Source: Mycobacteriales bacterium (GTDB taxonomy: Bacteria; Actinomycetota; Actinomycetes; Mycobacteriales; QHCE01). From it: a stretch of 38,157 nt of DNA. Position numbers and translations under genes: made by a program. Below the pieces are notes generated by a model. The model was not told the DNA's origin, searched no databases, and saw only the letters and a list, made by a program, of their open reading frames with translations. Shown in pieces: positions 8,801 through 18,863 of this stretch. Positions within the stretch are counted from its first letter, which is position 1. Every line of letters starts with the position of its first letter. Location: the NCBI GenBank assembly GCA_036268755.1, contig DATATO010000059.1, forward strand, positions 1 through 38,157, written 5' to 3'.

Positions 8801-8870
8801 GGTTACGCGGCCGCGTCGATGCTGTTGTCGAATCGAGGTAACTACTGCATCTAGATCGATACAGTTGGGA

Positions 8871-10256
8871 CTAATGCACTAATTCATCCAGATAGGTCGC
8901 GGCCCAATGTGTGACGTCATGCGCGGAAACCTGCTCGCGCATGGCTGCCATGCGTTCCCTTAGCTCCGTCGGATCCGTATTAACCCCGGCCATGATCTGC
9001 CGCTTGAGCCCGTCCACGTCATGCGGATTCACCATGAAGGCCCGGTCCAACTCGGCGGCGGCACCGGCGAACTCGCTGAGCACCAGTGAACCGCCGGAAT
9101 CGGCCCGGGAGGCGACATACTCCTTCGCGACCAAGTTCATTCCATCCCGCAGCGGCGTGACCAGCATGACCTCGGCCACGTTGTATAGCGCGCACAGCTC
9201 GTTTCGGCTGTATGACTGCCGCAGGTAGTGCACCGCCGGGGTGCCGACGCGGCCGAATTCGCCATTGATCTGGCCCACCTGCCGTTCCACGTCGTGCCGC
9301 AGCGCACGATAGTGCTCCACCCGCTCCCTGCTGGGGGTCGCGACCTGCACCAGCACCGTTTCCGGAACGGTGAGCGCACCGTCGAAGAGCAGCTCCCGGT
9401 AGGCCTTGAGGCGTTTGTCGATACCTTTCGTGTAGTCGAGCCGGTCCACGCCGAGCAGGACGGTCCGCGGGTCGCCCAGGCGGCGGCGCAGCGCCCGCGC
9501 CCGCTCCCTGACCTTCTTCGAGCCGCCCAACTTGTTAAGGCCGTCGAAGTCAATCGAGATGGGGAAGGCCCCCGCGCGAACCACCCGGCCGTCGACGGCG
9601 ATGCTGGAGTCGGTGCGTTCCAGGCCGCAAATCCACTCGGCGAGGTGCAAAAAGTTCTCGGCGCCGTCCGGGGTCTGGAAGCCGACGAGGTCCGCCCCGA
9701 GTAGCCCCTCGATGAGCTGGCGACGCCACGGCAGCTGCATGAACAGCTCCAGCGGTGGGAACGGGATGTGCAGGAAGAACCCAATGCGCAGGTCGGGTCG
9801 GGCCTCGCGCAGCAGCGCCGGCAATAGCTGCAGCTGATAGTCCTGAATCCAGATCGTGGCGTTGGGGGCGGCGGCCTTGGCGGTGACGTCCGCGAAGCGC
9901 CGATTCACCTCGACGTACCGGTCCCACCAATGCCGGTGATAGCTGGGGGAGACCACGGCGTCGTGATACAGCGGCCACAGCGTGCCGTTAGAGAATCCCT
10001 CGTAATAGTCGCGGACGTCGTCCGCCGACAACTCCACGGGATGCAGCGACACCCCGTCGAGGTCGAAGGGCTCCGGAGCGGTCCCGACGATGCCCGACCA
10101 GCCGACCCAGACACCACCCCGGTTGCTCATAACGGGGTCGAGGGCGGTGACCAAACCACCCGGACTGCGGCGCCAGGCGTCGACCCCTGTTCCGTCACCG
10201 ACACGGTCGACCGGGAGTCGGTTGGCCACTACGACAAAGTCGCCGCTCTCGCTCAT
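8871..10256 (-). CDS. otsA: alpha,alpha-trehalose-phosphate synthase (GT20)
   Basis: 461 aa with canonical motifs throughout: [60 protein letters not shown] and [18 protein letters not shown] at 10256 is preceded by GGAGA. Confidence 0.9.
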   Translation of the reverse strand: MSESGDFVVVANRLPVDRVGDGTGVDAWRRSPGGLVTALDPVMSNRGGVWVGWSGIVGTAPEPFDLDGVSLHPVELSADDVRDYYEGFSNGTLWPLYHDAVVSPSYHRHWWDRYVEVNRRFADVTAKAAAPNATIWIQDYQLQLLPALLREARPDLRIGFFLHIPFPPLELFMQLPWRRQLIEGLLGADLVGFQTPDGAENFLHLAEWICGLERTDSSIAVDGRVVRAGAFPISIDFDGLNKLGGSKKVRERARALRRRLGDPRTVLLGVDRLDYTKGIDKRLKAYRELLFDGALTVPETVLVQVATPSRERVEHYRALRHDVERQVGQINGEFGRVGTPAVHYLRQSYSRNELCALYNVAEVMLVTPLRDGMNLVAKEYVASRADSGGSLVLSEFAGAAAELDRAFMVNPHDVDGLKRQIMAGVNTDPTELRERMAAMREQVSAHDVTHWAATYLDELVH

Positions 10257-10430
10257 TACTGTCTCCGCCCGCCGCGCGGCCGTCCACAGACGCTAGGTGC
10301 CGCTCGCGCTTTTCTCTAGCCTAGTCAGCCTCGGCCTCAACTGAGGTTTCCCGCGCGTTACGACTTGACTGCGGTCAGGGCCGGGGTTCGCAGAGACACT
10401 CGTCGCAGCGGCCAGGGCCGATAGCCTCAA

Positions 10431-11459
10431 TTAGCTGCCGCAGCGCTCGGCCGCTTCGGTAAGCAGCTCGGCCAGCTCGAATGGGTCGCGCAGTTCCAGC
10501 AGCTCGACATCGTCGTCGAGGCGACGTTCCCGGATGGCGCTTCGGAGCCGATCGCCCACTGTGACCATGATATCGCCCCCGCGCAGTTCGGCCATGGCGG
10601 CTAGGTCGGTGATGTCGTCACCCACGCAGGCTATGGATAGATGGGGGAAAGCCTCGTGCAGATAGGTGACGGGTCGGCCCTTGTCGGCCGGCCGCACCTG
10701 AATGTCGAGCACGTTGCTGCCGAGGATCGCGTGGAGCTCGTGTCCCCAGCCCCGCGAGCGCTCGAGGCGGAACTGCTCCGTCGTGGCCAGGACCTGCGCC
10801 GCCGTATCGGGATGAGTCGCCGCCAACATCCGAGTGTGCACGGCCACACCCTCGGGTTTGATCTCCAGGTAGATCTGACCCTGCCGGGTCGGGTCGATCT
10901 CGTGAAGGACCGGGATGGCCGGAAACATCAGCTGTAGAAATCCGGGTAGCTCCTCGACGAGCCGGTCCCTGCTTTCCCTGTCGTCAGGTGACATCGGCGT
11001 GAACAGCCCGGCGACGCGGGCTGCGTCTTCCTGACCGGCGATCAGGCCAGGGTCCAGATCTGCCCCGTGGTTGCCGATCGCGTAGATGATGCCGCGGCGC
11101 CCGTCGTCGAGGCGGTAGCCCAACCCCTCGGTATCGAAAGTTGCGATCGGCGACTCCACGTGCGCAACGTTCGACCCACTCTCCGGGTCGTAGTCGTGCA
11201 CGTTCTCCGTTTTCAGGAACTCCTCGATGCCACGCTTGCCCTCCGGCGTGAGCCGCCGAGGCCGCCCGCTGATAACCACCACCAGATGTGCCGGGCTGGC
11301 GCCCAACAGCTGGAGCGCCGGCAGCACGCCGGGCGCGCGCCACGCCTCCTCCGCCTCGTCGTGCAGCGGGCTGAGGCAGCCGTCGTAGTCGGTGGCGACG
11401 ATCGCGCCAGCCGCGATTCGCTCCACCGCAAGGTTCCAGTTATGTGGTCGATAGGCCAT
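10431..11459 (-). CDS. OtsB-family HAD phosphatase (trehalose-phosphatase-like), copy 1
   Basis: HAD motif I is ATDYDGCLSP (DxDG, with C where OtsB has T). Also present are ISGRP, GNHG, LEIKPEGVAVHTR, VRPADKG and motif IV GDDITD. ATG at 11459 is preceded by GGAG. Confidence 0.8.
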   Translation of the reverse strand: MAYRPHNWNLAVERIAAGAIVATDYDGCLSPLHDEAEEAWRAPGVLPALQLLGASPAHLVVVISGRPRRLTPEGKRGIEEFLKTENVHDYDPESGSNVAHVESPIATFDTEGLGYRLDDGRRGIIYAIGNHGADLDPGLIAGQEDAARVAGLFTPMSPDDRESRDRLVEELPGFLQLMFPAIPVLHEIDPTRQGQIYLEIKPEGVAVHTRMLAATHPDTAAQVLATTEQFRLERSRGWGHELHAILGSNVLDIQVRPADKGRPVTYLHEAFPHLSIACVGDDITDLAAMAELRGGDIMVTVGDRLRSAIRERRLDDDVELLELRDPFELAELLTEAAERCGS

Positions 11460-12589
11460 GCCAGCTCCGTGAGTCTTGAGGACAGGCTCAGAAGATAGCG
11501 GACATGTCCGACATTGAGCCGAAGCCGATCTATGGCGGATCGCCGTGGACCCCGTTTGGTGGCTCGTGCGGCGCTCTTGGTTGCCACCGAATTCAGGAGG
11601 GTGGCGACCTCCGCGGGGCTTGCCAGTCTCAACAGATCCACCCCGTCCGGCAACCCGCGCTCGCGCAGGGCCTCGGTAAGCCGGTCACCGACGACTACGG
11701 CAATGTCACCCGGGCGCAGCTCGGCCATGGCGTCGAGGTCGGTGATGTCATCGCCGATGTACACGATGGGCTCACCGGGAAACTTCTCGTGTAGGTAGGC
11801 GATGGGGCACCCCTTGCTGGCCGGGCGCACCATGATGTCCAGCACGTTGCTGCCGGCCGTGGCGTGTAGCGGGTGATCCCGCTGCTCCGATGTGCGGGCG
11901 AGGTAGAACTCCCTTGCCACTCGCAAGGCGTCCTCGGCATCCGCCGGGCTGGCCGCGCCGAGGGCGCGGGTGTGCACCGCAACCCCCTCGGGTTTGACCT
12001 CAAGGTAGATCTGCTTGCCGGGTTGCCCGGATTCAAAGGTGATCGGGATGTCCGGTAACGCTTGCCGCAGCGCCGTCGGCAGATCGGCGATGAGACCTTT
12101 GCGGATTGCGGCATCCTCTTCACTCATCGGCGCGAAGAGTTCGGCGGCCCGGGCTTGATCTTCCTCGATCGTAACGAGCGCCGGATCCATGTCGGTCCCG
12201 TGGTTGGCGATGACGTGGATCCTGCCGGGGCTGCCGTTGAGCTCGTAGCCGAGGTCTTTGCCGGGGAAGCGTGCGACCGGGAGTTCCGTGTCTCGAACGT
12301 TCGCCCCGGTTCGAGGGTCACGTTCGTACACGTTCTCAGTTCTGAGGAAGTCCTCGATGCCGCGTTTGCCGTCCGGCGTGAGCCGACGGGGACGTCCGCT
12401 GATCGCCACCACCAGGTGGTCACGGCTCGCCCCCAGTCGCTGCAGCGGCTCCAGGATGCGCCTGGCCCGCCACGCCTCTTCGGCGTTGTCGTGCAACGGG
12501 CTGAGGCAGCCGTCGTAGTCGGTGGCGACGATCGCGCCGGCGGTGACGCGCTCCGCGAGATCGTCCATGGTGTACAGGCCGTTGGCCAT
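11213..12589 (-). CDS. OtsB-family HAD phosphatase, copy 2, with a ~116-codon read-through extension overlapping copy 1
   Basis: This copy has the same motif set as copy 1: ATDYDGCLSP, ISGRP, ANHG, LEVKPEGVAVHTR, VRPASKG and GDDITD. Similarity to copy 1 ends at ...LLNSVATKSAA (codon at 11567-11569). The frame then stays open across the start of copy 1 until TGA at 11213-11215. Confidence 0.75.
   Translation of the reverse strand: MANGLYTMDDLAERVTAGAIVATDYDGCLSPLHDNAEEAWRARRILEPLQRLGASRDHLVVAISGRPRRLTPDGKRGIEDFLRTENVYERDPRTGANVRDTELPVARFPGKDLGYELNGSPGRIHVIANHGTDMDPALVTIEEDQARAAELFAPMSEEDAAIRKGLIADLPTALRQALPDIPITFESGQPGKQIYLEVKPEGVAVHTRALGAASPADAEDALRVAREFYLARTSEQRDHPLHATAGSNVLDIMVRPASKGCPIAYLHEKFPGEPIVYIGDDITDLDAMAELRPGDIAVVVGDRLTEALRERGLPDGVDLLRLASPAEVATLLNSVATKSAARATKRGPRRSAIDRLRLNVGHVRYLLSLSSRLTELAWPIDHITGTLRWSESRLARSSPPTTTAASARCTTRRRRRGARPACCRRSSCWAPARHIWWWLSAGGLGGSRRRASVASRSS
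11367..11408. repeat. 42-nt tract identical to 12497-12538 (direct repeat within the two phosphatase paralogs)
   Basis: cgggctgaggcagccgtcgtagtcggtggcgacgatcgcgcc is read at both loci. It encodes the motif-I region (A)IVATDYDGCLSP. Flanking DNA is clearly diverged. Confidence 0.9.
12497..12538. repeat. Second copy of the 42-nt identical tract
   Basis: The string is identical to 11367-11408, 1130 nt away in the same orientation. Confidence 0.9.
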
Positions 12590-12739
12590 GTCAGCTCCAT
12601 TGGGTCAAGTTCGCCTTGACGTGTTCGGCCGGCGACCTTCATGAGTTCGGGTACGCCTATGGCCAGATCTCGCTGACAGGAGAGGAGGGGTGTTGGAGGT
12701 ACGCCCTCATGCATTTCGTCAAGGTGTCGGTGGAAGAAT

Positions 12740-14410
<1,671 letters not shown>

Positions 14411-14420
14411 GTTCGGCCGC

Positions 14421-15173
14421 ATGGCGAATCTTTTTATTACCGGAGTTTCACGAGGCATCGGGCGTGCGGCCGCCCAATATTTCGCCGAACGAGGCCATAC
14501 GGTGTATGGCTGCTATCGATGGTCGCCGGAGTACGCCTCCGAGGCCGAATGCGTACGCGACCTTGCCGGGCAGTTGCCGGGCGTGACGCTGCTGTCGTGC
14601 GACGTCGCCGATCGGGATCGCTGCGACGAGATGATCAATCAACTCGCCGGGATTCCATTGGCGGGTGTTGTCAACAATGCAGCAATATTCACGCCCAACC
14701 CATGGCAGGATTTCGATATCGCCCTCTGGGATAAGGCGATGGAGATCAATCTGACGGCGCCGCTGCGCCTGGTGCACGGGCTGCGGGGCCAGATAATCAC
14801 CGGCGGCAGCGTCGTCAACATGTCCAGCACCGATGCCTACTCCGCCGGATACTCAGACATTGCCTATGCCGCGAGCAAAGCCGGCTTGATGAGCCTCACC
14901 AAAAGTCTCGCCGCGCTACTTGCTCCGCGCAAGATACGAGTGAACGCCGTCGCCAACGGATGGACTGACACCGGGATGAAGCTGAACCCCGAGGTGCTCG
15001 AGGCGGTGCACTACAAAACCCCATTGGGCCGCATGTCCACCACCCAGGAGATAGTAGATGTGATCGATTTTCTGCTGTTCGGCGGCTCGTCGTTCATTAC
15101 CGGCTCCGTGATTCGAGTCGACGGCGGCTACGGCAGCGTCGACGAGGTCCTCAAGCGCGAGGCAGGCTACTAG
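14421..15173 (+). CDS. Short-chain dehydrogenase/reductase (SDR)
   Basis: Contains ITGVSRGIG (TGxxxGIG), NNAA and YAASKAG (YxxxK). The ATG at 14421, just after the ettA stop, is preferred over the ORF-track start at 14355, which lies inside ettA. Confidence 0.85.
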   Translation: MANLFITGVSRGIGRAAAQYFAERGHTVYGCYRWSPEYASEAECVRDLAGQLPGVTLLSCDVADRDRCDEMINQLAGIPLAGVVNNAAIFTPNPWQDFDIALWDKAMEINLTAPLRLVHGLRGQIITGGSVVNMSSTDAYSAGYSDIAYAASKAGLMSLTKSLAALLAPRKIRVNAVANGWTDTGMKLNPEVLEAVHYKTPLGRMSTTQEIVDVIDFLLFGGSSFITGSVIRVDGGYGSVDEVLKREAGY

Positions 15174-15188
15174 CGGTAGCGCTATTCT

Positions 15189-15208
15189 CGACATTTCATA
15201 AAATGTCG
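15189..15208. terminator. Small AT-rich hairpin between the convergent SDR and glbO genes
   Basis: cgacattt-cata-aaatgtcg forms an 8-bp stem with a 4-nt loop. The glbO stop codon sits in the loop. There is no clear U-tract. Confidence 0.3.
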
Positions 15209-15684
15209 GAGGGCTCATCGCCGGCCGGCTCCGGCATGTGGTTGACCATGAAGTGCGCCGCCCGCTCTAGGTATTCCCACAGTGTGGCGTCGAGCTCGGG
15301 CGCCAAACCCACATCATCGAGCGAGGAGCGCATGTGCCGCAGCCAGACGTCACGTTCGGCGGGGCCGATGACGAACGGCGCGTGCCGCATCCGCAGCCTC
15401 GGATGGCCGCGTAGCTCGGAATACGTCTTCGGGCCGCCCCAGTACTGCTCCAGGAACAGCAGCAGCCGGTCGGCCGCCTCATCCAGGTCGTCGGGATACA
15501 TCGGCCGCAGCACGGGATCGGTTGCCACCCGGCGGTAAAAGCCCGTCACCAGGGCGTAAAAGGCGTCGTGCCCGCCCATGGCGTCGTACAGCGTCGTCTC
15601 TTCGGCGGTCGTTGGAGCGGCCGAGGCCGGTCGCGACGACAGGCCAAGCATGCGGCCGGGCGAGGGGGTTTGTTCCGATGTCAT
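15196..15684 (-). CDS. glbO: Group II truncated hemoglobin (trHbO)
   Basis: Reads [33 protein letters not shown]...[31 protein letters not shown]...RDVWLRHM. The ATG at 15684 overlaps the upstream mscS-family stop as ATGA. The longer ORF-track start at 15897 lies inside that gene. Confidence 0.85.
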   Translation of the reverse strand: MTSEQTPSPGRMLGLSSRPASAAPTTAEETTLYDAMGGHDAFYALVTGFYRRVATDPVLRPMYPDDLDEAADRLLLFLEQYWGGPKTYSELRGHPRLRMRHAPFVIGPAERDVWLRHMRSSLDDVGLAPELDATLWEYLERAAHFMVNHMPEPAGDEPSDIL

Positions 15685-16658
15685 GCCTTGTCGCCTTGTC
15701 CATTCGTAGGGATGGCGGGTAGTCCCGATTCGATTCCCGCCTCGGCGAATGCCGCCGTCACCCTGGCCCGCAGCTCTCGAGCGACCCGCCATTGTGCCTG
15801 GCTGGTCGTCTTCACGGTGATGCGCAGCGTCATGCCGTTGGCTGTCAGCTGCTCGACCCCCAGCACCTCGGGCTGCCCGAGCAAATCGGCCTTCCACGTG
15901 TCATCCTCGGCGAGTTTCCCGCCTACCTGCCGCATGGTGTCCGTCGCCGAGGCCACGTCGGTGCCGAACGGCACCGGAATGTCCACGTTCACCATGGCCC
16001 AGCCCTGGCTCTTGTTGCCGACCCGGAGCACCTCACCGTTGCGGACATACCAGACGACACCGCTACCGTCCCGGAGTGTGGTGACCCGAAGCCCCATTGC
16101 CTCCACAGTTCCTGACGCATCACCCATATCGATGACGTCGCCCACTCCGTACTGGTCTTCCAGCATCATGAACATGCCCGCTAGGACGTCCTTTACCAGC
16201 GCCTGGGCGCCGAAGCCCAGGGCGACGCCGGCAATACCGGCACTGGCGAGCAACGGCCCCAGCGGCTGTCCCAGCTGAGCGAGAATCATCATGGCCGCCA
16301 CCACGACGATCGCTATCGAGCTGACGTTTCGCAGCACCGAGCTGATCGTCTGGGCGCGCTGCCTGCGGCGTTCCGATGCTAGTGCTATGGCGGCAATCGT
16401 CGCCGGTGTTCGCTCGCGCAGCGGGCGCAGCACCGTGGGGACCTTGCCCTCGGTAGTGGACTTGGTGATGCGTCGGATCGCGCGATGCAGCAACCAACGC
16501 ACCACCAAAGCACAGAACACAATTCCCAGGATTGTCACCGGCTTGGTGATCATCCAGCTGGAGTTCTCGGCTAGCCAGCTACTGCTGGTCAGATGCCAGA
16601 CGTTGTGGCACAGCGTGCCCGCTTCAGAGGCGCACTTGGGCTTTGCGGCTAATAACAC
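15681..16658 (-). CDS. Small-conductance mechanosensitive channel (MscS family)
   Basis: Transmembrane helices are followed by the MscS pore/beta-domain signature [36 protein letters not shown]...[15 protein letters not shown]. The exact start is uncertain. Confidence 0.85.
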   Translation of the reverse strand: MLLAAKPKCASEAGTLCHNVWHLTSSSWLAENSSWMITKPVTILGIVFCALVVRWLLHRAIRRITKSTTEGKVPTVLRPLRERTPATIAAIALASERRRQRAQTISSVLRNVSSIAIVVVAAMMILAQLGQPLGPLLASAGIAGVALGFGAQALVKDVLAGMFMMLEDQYGVGDVIDMGDASGTVEAMGLRVTTLRDGSGVVWYVRNGEVLRVGNKSQGWAMVNVDIPVPFGTDVASATDTMRQVGGKLAEDDTWKADLLGQPEVLGVEQLTANGMTLRITVKTTSQAQWRVARELRARVTAAFAEAGIESGLPAIPTNGQGDKA

Positions 16659-16766
16659 GCCCCAAGCCTACTTATCCGCCCGAGTCGGTGGTCCACCACA
16701 CCGATCCGTGGCATTGCATGCGGATCGAACTTATATAGGGAAGTATTGAGATCTCGGAGGTATGTC

Positions 16767-17333
16767 GTGACGCTATCGTTCCCCCAGGCTCGTGGCGGAG
16801 TTTCCGCGCCTTCCACCGGTGCGACCACCGCCCTCGTGCTCAACGCCAGCTACGAACCACTGTGTGTGGTCCCGACCCGCCGGGCGGCGGTGTTGGTGCT
16901 CACGCACAAGGCGGAGGCGGTCACCGACGGCGACGGTGTACTGCACAGCGAGCGCCGCGCGCTGCCGGTGCCGGCGGTGGTGAGGCTCACCCGATTCGTC
17001 AAGGTGCCGTTCCGGGGACAGGTGACCCTCACGCGCCGCGCGGTGTTCAGTCGCGACCACGGGGCCTGTGGCTACTGCGGAGACCCGGCGAACACCATCG
17101 ACCACGTCGTCCCGCGCAGCCGCGGCGGCAGGCACACCTGGGATAATGTTGTGGCCGCCTGCCACCGCTGCAACCACCTCAAGGCCGACCGCACGCTCGT
17201 TGAGCTCGGCTGGGAGTTGCGTACGCCGCCCCTCACACCCAGCGGGCTTACCTGGCGAATTCTGGGGCATCGCCGGCCGGACCCCCGCTGGTACGACTGG
17301 CTCGGCGGCACCGTCACGGCTGCCGCGGCTTAG
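16767..17333 (+). CDS. HNH endonuclease (conserved actinobacterial type)
   Basis: Contains CGYCG...IDHVVPRSRGGRHTWDNVVAACHRCNHLK. The in-frame GTG at 16767 is preceded by GGAGG (16756-16760). Confidence 0.85.
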   Translation: MTLSFPQARGGVSAPSTGATTALVLNASYEPLCVVPTRRAAVLVLTHKAEAVTDGDGVLHSERRALPVPAVVRLTRFVKVPFRGQVTLTRRAVFSRDHGACGYCGDPANTIDHVVPRSRGGRHTWDNVVAACHRCNHLKADRTLVELGWELRTPPLTPSGLTWRILGHRRPDPRWYDWLGGTVTAAAA

Positions 17334-17390
17334 ATTTGTCGATCGGTCCACGATTATGGTCCGAGCCCGATCCGTGGTAAGCAGGAATGG

Positions 17391-17996
17391 ATGATCCCCA
17401 GTAACGGCGCAGACGACGGCACCCTCGACGACTCGTTAGACAGCTCTGCGGCCCTTCCGAGTCAGCCCTCTTGGCGGGCCACGGCACGGCCGGTGCCGCC
17501 CGCGGAACAGCATCGTCCCGGGCGTTTCGGCCAATCCGACGATGTCTCCCCGCCGCGCCGCCGCGGACGGCTCGGACGATTGGGGTCCCGCCTCGCATCG
17601 CCCTCGAACGCCAGGGCGTCGCCATCACCGGCGAGAGCCGACGGTCGTCCGATATACGTCCGGTCCCGCGGACGCGGTTGGGTTGCGCTGTCGATAGTCG
17701 CGGCGTTGGCCTGCTGGACGACGTGGCTCGGATACGACCTGGTCGAGCTCGGCTCGCCGGGAGAACCGCTGCGTGGGCTTTCGCTCGCTGCCGTGGCGTC
17801 GATCGCCGTGTATTGGCTCACCCGGTTGGCGGGGTATCTAATGCGCACAACCTGGGAGCGGGGACCGCGTACGAGCACACTCGTGCCGAACGCAATCACG
17901 GCAATTTTCGTCGTGTTATGCGGTGTTGCGTTTTTATCGCGTACACCATTCGCTATTAGCGCCCTGTGGCACACACTGGCCGAACAGTTTCACTAG
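17391..17996 (+). CDS. Hypothetical membrane protein: Arg/Pro-rich N-terminal region and ~3 TM helices
   Basis: ATG at 17391 has AGGA upstream. Hydrophobic segments are WVALSIVAALACW, LSLAAVASIAVYWL and AITAIFVVLCGVAFL. I recognise no motif. Confidence 0.5.
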   Translation: MIPSNGADDGTLDDSLDSSAALPSQPSWRATARPVPPAEQHRPGRFGQSDDVSPPRRRGRLGRLGSRLASPSNARASPSPARADGRPIYVRSRGRGWVALSIVAALACWTTWLGYDLVELGSPGEPLRGLSLAAVASIAVYWLTRLAGYLMRTTWERGPRTSTLVPNAITAIFVVLCGVAFLSRTPFAISALWHTLAEQFH

Positions 17997-18066
17997 AGTC
18001 GCTCGACCACTAGGCTCCAGGCCGTTGCTGAAACGATTCGGGAACCCCACTATTATTGCTAGCGCT

Positions 18067-18339
18067 ATGACCATTACAGAGACATTGTCGGTGTTCGCGG
18101 GCATTCCGCTCGGAGTGATTCTTTTAGTTGCCCTTTTGGTATATGCGCCGTCACGCTCCAGGCGTGCCCCGCGCTACCGGCCTGGGCTGCCATTTTCGTT
18201 TTCCTCCGTTTGGTATCTCGCCCCGCATGACTCGATCAATCCCCGTCATCATTCCGATCGCCGCGCGCTGACTTCCGGTTCGGCTGCGTCGACGCAGAAG
18301 CCCAAGCAGAACGTTGGAGGGGCCCGTGCCAGCTGGTAG
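18067..18339 (+). CDS. Small single-pass membrane protein
   Basis: The ATG at 18067 gives MTITETLSVFAGIPLGVILLVALLVYAP followed by RYRPGLPFSFSSVWYL. From memory only, this resembles small cytochrome aa3 oxidase accessory subunits annotated in mycobacteria. That is unverified. Confidence 0.45.
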   Translation: MTITETLSVFAGIPLGVILLVALLVYAPSRSRRAPRYRPGLPFSFSSVWYLAPHDSINPRHHSDRRALTSGSAASTQKPKQNVGGARASW

Positions 18340-18706
18340 CACCCTGAACCTGCAGGGACCCTTTTCGGAAAACCAACTCAGCCGGATCAGTGGGGCGCTC
18401 GATGCCGCCGATCGGGAAACCGGCATGACGTTCAGCGTGTACGTGGGCCAGCTGGAGGGTTCCACGCGTGAGCACGCCGAGCGCCTTCATGCGCAGCTTG
18501 AACGGCCGGACGGCTCGGTGCTGATCGCCATCTCGCCGAATCAGCGCATGCTGGAGATTGTCACCGGGTCCAGCGTTCGAGATCGCCTGTCGGATCAAAG
18601 CTGTGGCCTGGTCGCCATGTCGATGACCTCGTCGCTGTCCGGCGGAGACCTGGCCGGCGCCATCGTAGTGGGCCTGCACATGCTGTCCGAGCGTGCTCGC
18701 TGGTAG
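18326..18706 (+). CDS. Conserved hypothetical protein (DUF5130/TPM-like by recollection)
   Basis: The GTG at 18326 follows GGAGGGG (18316-18322) and overlaps the upstream gene by 14 nt. The sequence FSENQLSRISGALDAADRETGMTFSVYVG...VLIAISPNQRMLEIVTG resembles the family found next to the HNH gene in mycobacteria. Confidence 0.6.
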   Translation: MPAGSTLNLQGPFSENQLSRISGALDAADRETGMTFSVYVGQLEGSTREHAERLHAQLERPDGSVLIAISPNQRMLEIVTGSSVRDRLSDQSCGLVAMSMTSSLSGGDLAGAIVVGLHMLSERARW

Positions 18707-18863
18707 CGGAGCGGTTCCTTGTAATACGGGCAACGAGGCCCTGAAGCAGCTTAACTCCACATAGGACATTTACGGGTAACTTCAGTCACAGTTGGCATCA
18801 ACGCCGAGTATTTGGGCGATGTAACCATTGAGACCGTTGTACATCCCTGTCGCATTGTGAGCT

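Noticed and set aside
11213-11459. Treating the part of ORF 11213-12589 that overlaps phosphatase-1 as a separate gene or a real conserved domain.
   Set aside because: The sequence there (…SSPPTTTAASARCTTRRRRRG…) is simply the alternative-frame reading of the phosphatase-1 motif-I region. The same peptide appears in a shadow ORF over phosphatase-2 (12124-12714). It is best explained as read-through after stop loss.
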